Counted from the first letter of the stretch, positions 44,535-55,342 are shown. The stretch is DNA of 64,000 nt from Methanomassiliicoccales archaeon (GCA_036504055.1 DASXVU010000004.1:28202-92201); one strand, 5' to 3'. Notes: generated from the letters alone by a model not told the origin. Translations and numbers: made by a program.

Positions 44535-44676
44535 AACCATACTCGCATTACGGAATGACAGATAATCAGTAATTAGAGAAAATGGGGGCGGAGCCTGCCT
44601 CCGCGAAACCCCTGCCGGCCAGGCCCTATCAAAGGAGGGTACCGCTGGGCCTACCCGGCATCATTCATCCTGATGT

Positions 44677-45051
44677 TTACTTATTTCCCCGTGGCTTGAA
44701 CTTCACGTTGTAGGCCTCATCGAGGGTGACCTCGGTCATCATGTCCTGCATGTCCGCCTCGGTCCAATTCACATCTGGGTGGCTCTGTTCCCGGTGAATG
44801 ATCATGTGCCTCATCAGGTTCTCGTTCTTCGAATCTGGGTCCATGGCGCTCCATCCGCAGATGGTGCATTGGATCTTTGTCCCGAAATAGAAGTCCTTCA
44901 TCATGCTCCTCAGGTCTTCCTCGGTCCACTTCATTTTATCATGATGCTGGTCCCGATGGATCATGAGATGCTGCATCATGTTTTCTTCACCTTTAACGCT
45001 CTGGACTGTCCAGCCGCATTCCGGACACGTGAACCTCTTGGCATAAACCAT
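44677..45051 (-). CDS. Tandem DUF1059-like small metal-binding domain protein
   Basis: Two repeats: FTCPECGWTV...MMQHLMIHRDQHHDKMKWTEEDLRSMM and IQCTICGWSA...LMRHMIIHREQSHPDVNWTEADMQDMM. The ATG at 45051 has GATATATAG about 25-33 nt upstream, suggesting a leaderless transcript. The tracked ORF begins at a TTG at 45117. Confidence 0.6.
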   Translation of the reverse strand: MVYAKRFTCPECGWTVQSVKGEENMMQHLMIHRDQHHDKMKWTEEDLRSMMKDFYFGTKIQCTICGWSAMDPDSKNENLMRHMIIHREQSHPDVNWTEADMQDMMTEVTLDEAYNVKFKPRGNK

Positions 45052-45223
45052 AGTGATCGAAGGGAATTTTGGAGCTTGTACTATATATCGTTTCTTATAT
45101 TGACGAAAATTTTCCAATAATCGAACGAGTCGGGCGGAGAATTTTCAAAATGTGCCCGATTCGACAATTTCGGTACCTATCGAAGGATGGTTGTCCGATT
45201 CCAAACATGCAAAGTCCCGGGCC

Positions 45224-46381
45224 CTACTTCAGCTTGCACAGGTCCCCGCAGGCCCGGTCAAGAACATCATCCTTCTTGGCAAAGCAGAAACGGACCATGT
45301 TCTCTCCGGCATTGTCATGGTAGAATGCCCTCCCTGGCACGCTCGCGATCCCGGTCCTGTTCAGAATATACATCGCCCGATCCTTGCTATCCCCGCCTGG
45401 CACGCCGCTGACATCCGCCAGCACGTAGTAGGCACCTTCCGGGACATGAGGTTCCAGGCCGGCATCATGCAGGGTATCGCAGATCTGCTTCCTTTTCTCC
45501 TGGTATGAGCGGCAAACGCCCTCATAGTAAGATGGGGGCAGGTCCGCTATCCCCTTTGCCACCCCCACCTGCAGCGGGGACGGGGCGCAGACATATACCA
45601 GATCGTTGACATATCCGATCATTCTGGCCCATTCCTCTTGAGCCACGCAATATCCGATACGCCATCCCGTGATGCTGAACGTTTTTGAGTATCCCGAGAT
45701 GGTTATCGTCCGGTCGGCGATCTTCGGAAGGGAACCCGGGGAAACGTGCTTCTTTCCGTCATATACAAAATACTCATAGATCTCGTCCGTGAAAATGAAG
45801 ATGTCCTTCTCCACCGCGAAATCGGCCAGCTGGTCGATCTCTTCCCTTGTGAACACCTTTCCGGAGGGGTTGCCGGGGGTGTTGATGATCACGCCCTTCG
45901 TGCGGTCGGTCACCAGCGGCTCGAGCAGGTCCGTGCTGAAGCGCCAATCCGGCGGGTCTAGACGGGCAAAGACCGGGACCGCCCCGACAGCCAGCAGGGT
46001 ATTTACATGGTATCCATAGTATGGCTCGATGACGATCACCTCGTCACCGGGGTTCAGGAGCGCCATGCAGGTGCAGTAGAAGGCACCGGTCGCCCCGGCA
46101 GAGACGATTACGTTCTCCTCCGGGTCGGTTGCGATACCGTTGTAGCTAGTGATCTTTTTAGCAAGCGCCTCACGGATGACCGGCAGGCCGTCGTATCGGG
46201 TGTAGAGGTTGAACCCCTGCCTCATCCCCTCCGCCGCTCCGTTGATGACCTGGACAGGAACCTCCAGATCGCAGACCCCCTGAGCCAGGTTGATGCCTTT
46301 GATCCTATTGCATTCTATGGTCATGTTCCTGATCTCCGACTGGACAATTAGCTTGGAACGGTCGCTGACTCTCAGGTTCAT
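45224..46381 (-). CDS. Class I/II pyridoxal-phosphate aminotransferase (aspartate/aromatic type)
   Basis: 385 aa. INLAQG, NPGNPSGKV, FTDEIYEY and SGYSKTFSITGWRIGY (PLP lysine). Confidence 0.85.
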   Translation of the reverse strand: MNLRVSDRSKLIVQSEIRNMTIECNRIKGINLAQGVCDLEVPVQVINGAAEGMRQGFNLYTRYDGLPVIREALAKKITSYNGIATDPEENVIVSAGATGAFYCTCMALLNPGDEVIVIEPYYGYHVNTLLAVGAVPVFARLDPPDWRFSTDLLEPLVTDRTKGVIINTPGNPSGKVFTREEIDQLADFAVEKDIFIFTDEIYEYFVYDGKKHVSPGSLPKIADRTITISGYSKTFSITGWRIGYCVAQEEWARMIGYVNDLVYVCAPSPLQVGVAKGIADLPPSYYEGVCRSYQEKRKQICDTLHDAGLEPHVPEGAYYVLADVSGVPGGDSKDRAMYILNRTGIASVPGRAFYHDNAGENMVRFCFAKKDDVLDRACGDLCKLK

Positions 46382-46500
46382 CCTAACACTCGGCCCTCAG
46401 ATTGACTGAATCGATATTAAATGGATTTCGAGGCCTATATGGAGACAAACGATACGGCCTCGAATGGCACATCCTCACAAAAGCCGGGAAAATGGGTGAC

Positions 46501-47127
46501 TCATTTCTTATGATCATAGATCAGCGAGCGCATCTCGGCGGTCGCCCTGGAGATGTCCTTCTGGCCTACCACTGCTGAGATAACGGCCACGCCGTCCGCT
46601 CCCGCCTCCATGACCTGATGGACGTTGGTCTTGCTGATCCCGCCTATCGCGATCACCGGTATCGAGATCGCCGACTTGATCTCCCTGAACCTTTCCAGAC
46701 CTTTTCCGGGACCTGCATCGTGCTTGGTAGGGGTGTCGAAGATGGGGCTGAGAGCGAGGTAGTCCGCCCCTTCAGATTCCGCTATCAGCGCCTCTTGTAC
46801 GCTCTTCACCGACATCCCGATCATGAATCCTTTGGGCGATATCCTTCTGGCAAATGGCAATGGCAGGTCCTCCTGTCCCAGATGAACGCCGTCCGCCCCA
46901 CAGGCCAAGGCGAGGTCCAGGCGGTCGTTGATGATGAAGGAGATGCCGGAAGATCGGGTTATCTCGCCTATCTGCAGCGCGATCGACATCAGGTCCTTCT
47001 CGGTGCGGGCCTTGTCCCTCAGCTGGATGACATCCGCCCCTCCCTCTGCGACCTTTCTCGCTATCTCGACATGGCTGAGGCCGTGGGACACACCCTCGTC
47101 GGTAATGACATAAAGACCCAAGTTCAT
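46501..47127 (-). CDS. thiE: Thiamine-phosphate synthase
   Basis: 208 aa. LYVITD, VIQLRDK, INDRLDLALACGADGVHLGQEDLP and VIAIGGI. Confidence 0.9.
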   Translation of the reverse strand: MNLGLYVITDEGVSHGLSHVEIARKVAEGGADVIQLRDKARTEKDLMSIALQIGEITRSSGISFIINDRLDLALACGADGVHLGQEDLPLPFARRISPKGFMIGMSVKSVQEALIAESEGADYLALSPIFDTPTKHDAGPGKGLERFREIKSAISIPVIAIGGISKTNVHQVMEAGADGVAVISAVVGQKDISRATAEMRSLIYDHKK

Positions 47128-47928
47128 CTAATCGGACCTCACTCTCGACCTTAGGGTGATGGCTTCAGGGGTCAACGACGCGGTCTCGTCGAGCAGCGCC
47201 ACCTTGAACGAGGACGGGGCTGAGGACCTCAGGGCCGCGTTCTCGCCGGCGATGCCGAATGCGGCAAGCGCCGCCACCGAGCCCAGCGTAAGGTCCTGCG
47301 AAACCGCGGCAAAGGCGGCGACGATGGAGGTGGCCATGCATCCGGTCCCGGATATCTTTCCCATGAGCTCATGGCCGTTATCGATCATATAGGTGGATTC
47401 TCCGTTGCTCACTATGTCGGTCTTGCCGCTTATTATGACGATGCTGCCGGAAGACCTTGCCAGCTCCCTCGCTATAACCTGCGGGTCACCGTTGAGACCT
47501 TCGGAATCGACACCGCGGACGGTGCCGCCGGTCCCGGCCAGCACGCCTATCTCCCCGGCGTTGCCTTTTATGATGGTGATGTTCAACCGGTCCATCAGCA
47601 TCCGCACCGCCTCCGTCCTGTACCTGGTGGCCCCGGCCCCGACCGGATCGAGCACGATCGGTATCCCGCGATCGTTGGCCGTCTTTCCGGCCATCAGCAT
47701 CGACTTCACCTGGTTGTTGTTGAGAGTGCCGATGTTGAGAACCAGCGAACCGGCCATCGAGACCATCTCTTCGACCTCCTGCGGGGCATCGGCCATGACC
47801 GGGGCGCCTCCTATGCAGAGCGTGATGTTGGCACAATCGTTTACAGTGACATAGTTGGTGATATGGTGAACTAGGGGACGCTTGTTCCTCAACGAAACGA
47901 ATGCCTCGGAAAGCTGCTGGTTATCCAT
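47128..47928 (-). CDS. thiM: Hydroxyethylthiazole kinase
   Basis: 266 aa. [39 protein letters not shown] and KGNAGEI. It directly abuts thiE. Confidence 0.9.
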   Translation of the reverse strand: MDNQQLSEAFVSLRNKRPLVHHITNYVTVNDCANITLCIGGAPVMADAPQEVEEMVSMAGSLVLNIGTLNNNQVKSMLMAGKTANDRGIPIVLDPVGAGATRYRTEAVRMLMDRLNITIIKGNAGEIGVLAGTGGTVRGVDSEGLNGDPQVIARELARSSGSIVIISGKTDIVSNGESTYMIDNGHELMGKISGTGCMATSIVAAFAAVSQDLTLGSVAALAAFGIAGENAALRSSAPSSFKVALLDETASLTPEAITLRSRVRSD

Positions 47929-48105
47929 GATCTTGCCTCAGATACCCTATTTCCGGGGATGGGCTTTAACCTATTATTAACCATTTCAAAAAAGTTAGGG
48001 CTCTCTGTCCTTGTTATGTTCCATGACCGGGTCATTTGCCATATCGATCTCGATCATCCATCACGGAAATGAATGCGCTTCCACCCTGGCATACTATGCT
48101 ATGGA

Positions 48106-49458
48106 TCATTCCGTCGAACTCTCATCATATCCCTTCTCTCCGCTCTCGGTCAGGTCCATGCCGATCTTCTCCTCGGTCTCGGTGACACGGAAACCCACGA
48201 TCAGGTCCACCGCCTTGACTATCGCGTAGGTGACCAACATCGAATAGGCCACGACGACCAAGCCGACGAAAACCTGTATGCCAAGTTGGTTTGCGTTACC
48301 GAAAAGGAGACCGTTGTTGCCCGCAGAGTTGATGGCCACTTCAGCGAACAGTCCGGTAAGGACGATGCCCGTGAGTCCCCCAACCCCGTGGGCCGACCAG
48401 ACCCCCAGGGTATCATCGACGTGGGTGAAATTTGTGATCCAATAGAGCGCCCCATAGGTGATCAGGCCGCCCAGGATCCCGATGGCCAGCGCCGATATCG
48501 GCCCCACAAAGCCGCTGGCGGGCGTTATGGTCGCCAGAGCGCAGATGGCCCCGGTCGCCGCCGCCATGGAACTGGCCTTCCGGTTCTGTACCCGGTTGAG
48601 CACCCACCAGGTCAACGCACCGGCAGCCGCCGCCACGTTGGTCACGAGGAATGCGCTCACCGCCAAAGGTGAAGCGGCCAATGCCGATCCTGCATTGAAT
48701 CCGAACCATCCAAACCAAAGCAAGGCTGCCCCCAACAACACCAATGGTATGTTGTTCGGAGGGGTCGACTGGCGGGGCTTGATGCCGACCCTTCGGCCAA
48801 TGACCAGGACCGCCACCAGCGCCGAGAAGCCGGCGCTCGCATGGACCACGCTTCCACCGGCGAAGTCCAGCACACCGAGTGAGTGGGCCCAGCCACCCGC
48901 CCCCCAGACCCAATGGGCAATGGGGTCGTACACCAGCGTGCTCCAGATGAGCGTGAAGACGATCACCGCCTTCAACCTGACCCTTTCCGCAAAGGCGCCA
49001 ATTATCAATGCTGGTGTGACGATCGCGAACATCCCTTGGAACACCATGTATGCCAGCTGAGGTATGGTAGGGGCATAGAGCGGGTTGGGAGCATACCCCA
49101 CACCGTTCAGGCCGGCGTAGTTGAGGCCTCCGATCAGGCCGCCACCCACATCGGGACCGAAGGCCAGGCTGTATCCGATCAGGATCCACTGCAGGCTCAC
49201 GATCGCCAGGATAACGAAGGATTCGTTGATGAGGGTGACCACGCTCTTGGTGCGGACCATACCTCCGTAGAAGAAGCCGACCGCCGGGGTCATGATCATG
49301 ACCATAGCTGCAGCGACAAGCACCCAGGCGGTGTCCCCCGCGCTTATGGAGGCGCTGTCGAACGCCCCTGATGAGGCCCCTGGAAGAAGAACGGCTGCAC
49401 CACCGACAAATATCCCGACAACGATGATAAGGACGGCGGTCAAGCCAAGTCGGTTCAT
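48106..49458 (-). CDS. amt: Ammonium transporter (Amt family)
   Basis: The likely start is MNRLGLTAVL at 49458; the tracked ORF extends to 49566. DTAWVLVAAAMVMIMTPAVGFFYGGMVR, DFAGGSVVHASAGFSAL and DDTLGVWSAHGVGGLTG are Amt signatures. Confidence 0.9.
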   Translation of the reverse strand: MNRLGLTAVLIIVVGIFVGGAAVLLPGASSGAFDSASISAGDTAWVLVAAAMVMIMTPAVGFFYGGMVRTKSVVTLINESFVILAIVSLQWILIGYSLAFGPDVGGGLIGGLNYAGLNGVGYAPNPLYAPTIPQLAYMVFQGMFAIVTPALIIGAFAERVRLKAVIVFTLIWSTLVYDPIAHWVWGAGGWAHSLGVLDFAGGSVVHASAGFSALVAVLVIGRRVGIKPRQSTPPNNIPLVLLGAALLWFGWFGFNAGSALAASPLAVSAFLVTNVAAAAGALTWWVLNRVQNRKASSMAAATGAICALATITPASGFVGPISALAIGILGGLITYGALYWITNFTHVDDTLGVWSAHGVGGLTGIVLTGLFAEVAINSAGNNGLLFGNANQLGIQVFVGLVVVAYSMLVTYAIVKAVDLIVGFRVTETEEKIGMDLTESGEKGYDESSTE

Positions 49459-49964
49459 GTTCTGCGATTCTTGAGCGCGAAGTATTTGAATGGTGGCCTT
49501 TCCAGCAGCGTATCGGCCATAAGAAAGCAGACCCGGTGCTTGCCAGTCCTGGTCGGTCAATGGCATATCTTATAGGACTGGCTTTTGGCAGGAAGGACAA
49601 CGGTAAGACATGCTTCGGTATGCCGTCGATCATCGCTGGTATGTTGTCCGAAGTGGTCTGGAAAGGGAGGTCGCAGCCGACGACCAGCAAAGCCAACTCT
49701 TGGTGAAACATCTCATGCATAGTGCTGATCAGATGTTCCGATCGGAAGTACTCAAGGGATTTGCCGTTCCTGTTCAACTGGCATCTGCCTATACTATCCC
49801 TTCACCTTGTGATGCGCATGCCCGGACCGATGCTCAACGGGCCAACGTGGATAGACCATCATGATGAACGGTCAAGCTGATGTCAAGTTTCTACTCTGTC
49901 CTGATATGGAAGTCGTCAGGGAGAACGACAGGATTATGAGCATGCAAAGCACAATCTGGGTTGG

Positions 49965-51002
49965 ATGGAGCTTGTCCTTTTCGTGTTTGCCATATCGGCG
50001 ATAGTGCTCGCCCTGGTTTTCTCGTTCACCAACGGGTTCCATGATGCCAGTTCCACGGTGGCGACCTTGATCGCCTGCGGAGCGGCCACGCCGAGAAGGG
50101 CTGTGGTCATGTCGGCCGCCTGGGGATTCGCCGGTGCCATGCTCGGCGGTACTGCCGTAGCGCTCACTATGCTGGGCTTGCTCTCCATACCTTTGGGGAA
50201 CACCCTCGTCTACGTCATGTTCGCGACCCTGATAGGGGCGGTGGCCTGGAACCTAGTCACCTGGGTCGGGGGGATACCGTCCTCATCGACCCATGCGCTG
50301 GTCGGAGGCCTCATCGGTGCCGGGATAGCCTCATCAGGCTTGGACAATGTGAACTGGGGGTTGGACGAGCTGATATCCTCCGGTCACATGGTCGGAATAA
50401 CCAAAGTGGTCATCTTCCTTTTCATATCGGTGGGGATCGGTTTTGTCGGCGGGTTCCTGGTCATGAAGGTCACCAAGGTCCTGCTGCGCAACGCCAAGAG
50501 GCGGATCAACCGTCCGTTAATGATGTCCCAATATCTCACGTCCGGCCTGCTCTCCTTCAGCCATGGCGCCAATGATGCCCAGAAGGCCATGGGAATGATG
50601 ATCCTGGTCATCGCCTCGGCCGGATGGGCGCCGGATACGAACATCCCCCTCTGGGTCATGCTTGCCAGTGCGATCGCCATGACGGCAGGGACGTTGGGCG
50701 GGGGATGGAAGATCATGAGGACGTTGGGGCGCGGCATCTTCCGCATCCGACCGATACACAGCTTCGACTCGCAGGTAGCATCTACATCGGCCATCTTGCT
50801 TTCCACCGCTGTCGGTGCTCCGGTCTCGTCCACCCACGCGGTCGCCTCGAGCATCATCGGGGTGGGGGCGGCGGACAACGCCAGGATGGTGCAGTGGTCG
50901 GTCGGCAAGGATATGGTGGTCTCGTGGCTCCTGACGATGCCACTGACCGCATTCGTTTCCGGACTCATCTATATCATATTGAAAGGCGGTTTGAACATCT
51001 GA
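49965..51002 (+). CDS. Inorganic phosphate transporter, PiT family
   Basis: 345 aa. NGFHDASSTVATLI and a second-half GANDAQKAMG, the internal repeat signature of PiT. Confidence 0.9.
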   Translation: MELVLFVFAISAIVLALVFSFTNGFHDASSTVATLIACGAATPRRAVVMSAAWGFAGAMLGGTAVALTMLGLLSIPLGNTLVYVMFATLIGAVAWNLVTWVGGIPSSSTHALVGGLIGAGIASSGLDNVNWGLDELISSGHMVGITKVVIFLFISVGIGFVGGFLVMKVTKVLLRNAKRRINRPLMMSQYLTSGLLSFSHGANDAQKAMGMMILVIASAGWAPDTNIPLWVMLASAIAMTAGTLGGGWKIMRTLGRGIFRIRPIHSFDSQVASTSAILLSTAVGAPVSSTHAVASSIIGVGAADNARMVQWSVGKDMVVSWLLTMPLTAFVSGLIYIILKGGLNI

Positions 51003-51011
51003 GGGGATGGC

Positions 51012-51665
51012 ATGGACGATCCGACGGAAAGGTTGAACAAGGGCAAAAGGCGGGGGGTTCTGAATTTCATGTTTCCCACCGACCACGATTTCTATGGAAT
51101 GCTCGGCCGGCAAGCGGACCAGACCGCGGTGGGGGTCAAGACCTTGATCGCCTGGCTGGAGTCCGGTGCCAATTCCGATCCGATAGACCTGGTGAAGGAA
51201 GAGGACAAGGGAGACCAATTACGATTGGAAATGGAGCATCAGCTCCAGGAATCCTTCTCCACACCCTTCGACCGGCAGGACATCTACACGATATCAAGGC
51301 AGATGGACCACATCCTGAACTACTCGTTATCGACCGCCTATGAGATGAGGGCCTTCGGGGTCAAGCCGGACGAGGCTACCATGAGCATGGCCCGATCACT
51401 GCTCAACGGGTCGGAGCTGGTCAGCCGATGCGTCTTCCTGCTGAAGGACAATCCGATGGAGGCATCCAACCTCATCCGCCGGCTGCGCGAGTACGAGCAC
51501 GACATCGAAAAGACCTATGTCAGGAACATGGCCCTGGTGTTCGCCAACGACGACGCCATCGTGGCCATGAAGAAGCGGGAGATCTATCATCATCTCAAGG
51601 ACGCCGGGCGTAACATGAGCATAACGGTGGACGTGCTGCACCGCATAATCGTCGGGCTGTCCTAG
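51012..51665 (+). CDS. DUF47 family protein (PhoU-like partner of PiT)
   Basis: 217 aa, helical. It lies immediately downstream of the PiT gene, the conserved pairing. Contains FDRQDIYTISRQMD and IYHHLKDAGRNM. Confidence 0.8.
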   Translation: MDDPTERLNKGKRRGVLNFMFPTDHDFYGMLGRQADQTAVGVKTLIAWLESGANSDPIDLVKEEDKGDQLRLEMEHQLQESFSTPFDRQDIYTISRQMDHILNYSLSTAYEMRAFGVKPDEATMSMARSLLNGSELVSRCVFLLKDNPMEASNLIRRLREYEHDIEKTYVRNMALVFANDDAIVAMKKREIYHHLKDAGRNMSITVDVLHRIIVGLS

Positions 51666-52123
51666 GTCCGGCTGCGGCTTGGCAGGATCACCGTGTTGAA
51701 CCAGAACTCCTCGATGATCTTGATGATCCTGACGAATTCATCCAGGTCCACCGGTTTGGCGATGTAGCAGTTGGCGTGCTCGCCGTATGCCTTGTTCACA
51801 TCCTCCGCCGATGTCGAACTGGTGAGGATGATGACCGGGATGCGCTTCAGCTGTTCGCTGGACTTTATCTCCGCCAGGACCTCTCTGCCGTCCTTCTTGG
51901 GCAGGTTCAGGTCTAGGATGATGAGTTCCGGCTTGGCCATTCTGGGGTCGCTGCATACCTTCTTGAGATAATCCATGGCCTGCACCCCATCCTCCGCCAC
52001 GGTGAGGTTGAGCTTGAGGTTGGCCTCCTTGAACATCTCCTTTGCCAGCCGGATGTCTCCCGGGTTGTCCTCCACCAGGAACAGCTCGATGGGCCGCGCC
52101 GTGTCGACCCGGTTGCTGATCAT
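51662..52123 (-). CDS. Single-domain response regulator (CheY-like receiver)
   Basis: 153 aa. LFLVEDNPGD, PELIILDLNLPKKDG, PVIILTSS and YIAKP. Confidence 0.85.
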   Translation of the reverse strand: MISNRVDTARPIELFLVEDNPGDIRLAKEMFKEANLKLNLTVAEDGVQAMDYLKKVCSDPRMAKPELIILDLNLPKKDGREVLAEIKSSEQLKRIPVIILTSSTSAEDVNKAYGEHANCYIAKPVDLDEFVRIIKIIEEFWFNTVILPSRSRT

Positions 52124-52225
52124 GGGGCGTAGCCCCCATCGCTCCGTCCCCGGTCGCCGCCAGAAGATCTTCGATGGAAGGGAACCGTTCTTGTCCTGAT
52201 CATCGAGCGTACAGACATGACTTGA

Positions 52226-53077
52226 TCACTTGGAAGCCTTTACGGCATCATCGTCGCTTGCCTGGATGCCTTTCAGTTTCCTTTCCAGTTCCATCTTGGC
52301 CCGCCTCAGGTCCTCTTCCATGCGCTTGCGGTCGCTTATGTCGGTGATCATGGCCAGAGTGCCTATGTGATTTCTAGAATTGTCAAGGATGCGGCGGGTC
52401 GAGACCACGCCCCAGAGCGAGGTTCCGTCCTTCCTCCGGAACTTGAAATCATTGACGATGGCAGGATCGGGATTGTATTCCAGACCCTTGTCCTGTTTCA
52501 GCTTCCGCCACTCGGAATCGGTGAAGGATATCATGCCCTTGCCGATCATCTCCTCCGGGGCATACCCAAGCATCTCCGCCATCTTGTTGTTCACAAAGAC
52601 GGTGACGGAGCGTTCGTCCATGAGCCAGATCCCTTCGTAAGCGGTTTCCACCAGATGGCGGTATTTTTCCTCGCTCTTCCTCAGCTCCTCTTCCGCCTTC
52701 TTCCGTTCGATGGCATACCGCATTGTGCGTGCCAGCAGCGCTCCGTCGGTCCTTCCCTTGACCAGATAGTCCTGCGCGCCCACTTGGATGGCGTTGAGGC
52801 CGGTGGTCTCATCGTCCAGTCCGGTAAGCACGATCACCGGGACCGAGTTGTTCTTGGAGAGGAATGTCCGAACCGTGTCCAGCCCGCCGCTGTCCGGCAG
52901 GTTGAGGTCGAGCAGAACGACGTCAAATCGTTCGTTGGAGAGCATGTTCAGACCTTCGGCCAACCTTTCAGCCCGGGCAAATGTCACAGTAGTTATGGTC
53001 TGATCGGCCAGTTGTGCCCTGATCAGCCGCACGTCACCCGGGTTATCCTCTATGATCAGAGCACGAATGGAACCCAT
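52226..53077 (-). CDS. Response regulator: receiver plus PAS domain
   Basis: 283 aa. The receiver has ALIIEDNPGD, DVVLLDLNLPDSGG, VIVLTG and YLVKG. A PAS domain follows (YRHLVETAYEGIWLMDE...). Confidence 0.8.
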   Translation of the reverse strand: MGSIRALIIEDNPGDVRLIRAQLADQTITTVTFARAERLAEGLNMLSNERFDVVLLDLNLPDSGGLDTVRTFLSKNNSVPVIVLTGLDDETTGLNAIQVGAQDYLVKGRTDGALLARTMRYAIERKKAEEELRKSEEKYRHLVETAYEGIWLMDERSVTVFVNNKMAEMLGYAPEEMIGKGMISFTDSEWRKLKQDKGLEYNPDPAIVNDFKFRRKDGTSLWGVVSTRRILDNSRNHIGTLAMITDISDRKRMEEDLRRAKMELERKLKGIQASDDDAVKASK

Positions 53078-53160
53078 GAAGCAATCCCTGGCGTCAAAGG
53101 GGTTTCATGGATTATAACCTTTTCAACCTTTGATCGCATGTCCGGCTGATCGATTCGCGC

Positions 53161-53967
53161 TCAGATCAGCTGTGCCTGCCTCAACCGTTCCATGGATTGT
53201 TCCAAGGAAAGGGCGGTCTTGGTCTCCACCAACACCCGGGCCTTCCTTTCCCGGGCAAATCGGAGCATGGCCGGGATATCGATCTCACCGGTCATCAAGA
53301 CCTGATGGTCGCTCTTGCCATCATAATCATGGAGATGCATATGGGCGATGCGGTCCTTGTGCCTCATCAGCACCGGTCTCTCCGCATAGGCCACCTTGGC
53401 GTCATGACCTGTGTCCCAGGTGATCTTGAAACCATCGAGCTTGGAGAGTTCCTCTAAAGCATCGGTGACGAAAGGCAGCTGGAAATTGCTGGAGTTCTCG
53501 GTGCAGACCATCACGCCCTTCGATCTGCCAAGGTCTATGAGGTTACCCATCGATTCGACCAGCAATTCCTTGAAACGGTCCCGATACTGGTCATAGATCC
53601 AGACCTGGTGGTCAGGAAGGGTGAAATAGACCCCGCGGTTGATATGTATGTTGAGCAGCTTGGCCCCGGATTCGGCGCACCAGTCCAACGCTTCCGCGCA
53701 TCTTTGGACATGACCTTTCCTTACGGTGTCATGGAACGAGGCCAGATCGACCTCGTCATGGGCGTGCATGGTGAACTCGATACCGTAGGTCTCCGCCGCC
53801 TCCCTGACCCTTCCCGGCGGAAGGTTCTCCGGAAAGCTGTAGGGCATGTTCATGTTCAGCTCGATGAAGTCGAATCCCAGGCGCGTGCACAGTGCCACGT
53901 TCTCTTCCAGGCTCGAATACTCTATCAGCGCCGGCATGCCCAGGGGCAGCCCCTTTTTTTCAGACAC
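53161..53967 (-). CDS. Sugar phosphate isomerase/epimerase (xylose isomerase-like TIM barrel)
   Basis: 268 aa. GFDFIELN, LLNIHIN, ENS, WDTGH and HMHLHD metal-site pattern. Confidence 0.7.
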   Translation of the reverse strand: MSEKKGLPLGMPALIEYSSLEENVALCTRLGFDFIELNMNMPYSFPENLPPGRVREAAETYGIEFTMHAHDEVDLASFHDTVRKGHVQRCAEALDWCAESGAKLLNIHINRGVYFTLPDHQVWIYDQYRDRFKELLVESMGNLIDLGRSKGVMVCTENSSNFQLPFVTDALEELSKLDGFKITWDTGHDAKVAYAERPVLMRHKDRIAHMHLHDYDGKSDHQVLMTGEIDIPAMLRFARERKARVLVETKTALSLEQSMERLRQAQLI

Positions 53968-54094
53968 GGGCCTATGATTTGAGAGCTTGTATTAAAAAAT
54001 GGGTGACAAACTGACGCCTTTTAATTCCATTCATACTCAATCGGAATCATGGGACGTCGGGTCTCCTTTCGACCCGGCCCTGGGAAAATAGGGC

Positions 54095-55342
54095 TCATTC
54101 CCTTCGGATCCGGACGGATCTGGCATGCGCATGCAGCCCTTCCGCCGTGGCGAGGCCCTCGACAACGTCCCCCAGACTTTCCAACCCGTTCCGGTCGATG
54201 ATCTGGACGGTGGAGGTCTTGCAGAACATGGCCACGTTCAGCCCGGAATAGAGCTTGGCGTATCCGGCGGTGGGCAGGACGTGGTTGGTGCCAGACGCAT
54301 AGTCGCCGCATGCGACGGCAGTGTAAGGCCCGATGAATATGGACCCGGCATTGCGGATCGCGGAAAGCACGCCCATCTGGTCCCTGACCTGGATGGACAG
54401 GTGTTCCGGGGCGATCTCATTGATGATCGCCACAGCCCTTTCCATGGAATCGGTGACCACATAACCAGCGTTGCCCAGGGACCTTTCTATGATGGACTTT
54501 CTCTCCGCCTTGGGCAGCATCATATCGATCTCTTTGCCTACTGACTGTGCCAATCTTTCGGAGACGGTCACCAGGATGCAGGCGGCGTTGGGGTCGTGCT
54601 CGGCCTGGGCCATGACGTCCGCAGCCACGAACCGCGGATCGGCAGAATCGTCGGCGATGATGGCAACTTCGCTGGGACCGGCGGGAAAGTCCATCTCGGC
54701 CTTGTCGCGCAGAAGCATCTTGGCCGCGGTGACATAGACATTTCCCGGACCCACGATCTTCTGCACCGGCGCGATGCTCTCCGTCCCGATGGCCATCGCA
54801 GCTATGGCCTGAGCCCCGCCGATCTGGTAGATCTCATCCACACCGGCGATGTCCATCGCCACCAGGGTAAGGGGGTTGACCGGCGCGGGTGTGCAGGCAA
54901 TGATGCTTCTCACACCAGCCACCTTTGCCGGTATGGCGCACATGAGGGCCGTGCTCGGATACGACGCCCTTCCTCCCGGAACGTATGCGCCGATCCGGTC
55001 CAAAGGCGTGGTCTTGACACCCAATATGACGCCCGGCTCCACCTCTTTCAGCCACATGTCGTTCGGCTTCTGAAGCTCGTGGAAGCGCCGTATGTTGGCG
55101 GCCGCGCGGCGGACCATTTCGACCAGATTCTCATCGACCTTGGCATAGGCGGCCTTGATCTCGTCCTTGTCCACCGAAACCCGGTCAAGCTTGATCCTAT
55201 CGAACTTTTCGGTATAGGCGATCAGCGCCCGGTCCCCGTTCCTGCTCACCTCTTCGATGATTCCGGTGACCGCCGGACGTACGTCCTCGAGACCTGCCTT
55301 CCGCTTCTCCATCCACTGACCCTGCTCGAGCGCCTGCCACAT
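54095..55342 (-). CDS. hisD: Histidinol dehydrogenase
   Basis: 415 aa. YTEKFD, GAYVPGGRASYPST, IGGAQAIAAMA, VGPGNVYV, DFPAGPSEV, AQAEHDP and GDYASGTNHVLPT. Confidence 0.92.
   Translation of the reverse strand: MWQALEQGQWMEKRKAGLEDVRPAVTGIIEEVSRNGDRALIAYTEKFDRIKLDRVSVDKDEIKAAYAKVDENLVEMVRRAAANIRRFHELQKPNDMWLKEVEPGVILGVKTTPLDRIGAYVPGGRASYPSTALMCAIPAKVAGVRSIIACTPAPVNPLTLVAMDIAGVDEIYQIGGAQAIAAMAIGTESIAPVQKIVGPGNVYVTAAKMLLRDKAEMDFPAGPSEVAIIADDSADPRFVAADVMAQAEHDPNAACILVTVSERLAQSVGKEIDMMLPKAERKSIIERSLGNAGYVVTDSMERAVAIINEIAPEHLSIQVRDQMGVLSAIRNAGSIFIGPYTAVACGDYASGTNHVLPTAGYAKLYSGLNVAMFCKTSTVQIIDRNGLESLGDVVEGLATAEGLHAHARSVRIRRE

Noticed and set aside
47929-48105. A possible TPP riboswitch upstream of thiM (the 177-nt gap after amt).
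   Set aside because: I reverse-complemented the gap and looked for the conserved order GGGGUGC...CUGAGA...ACCC...CCUGAUCUGGAUAAUGCCAGCG...GGGA. Only loose fragments are present (GGGTGG, an isolated GAGA, ACCC, GGAAC). An Infernal scan with the TPP model would settle it.
48413-49777. A 454-aa ORF in an alternative frame of the amt strand, plus plus-strand ORFs across 48073-49371.
   Set aside because: The Amt frame carries the family signatures. The alternatives are Arg/Gly/Pro-rich frame artefacts.
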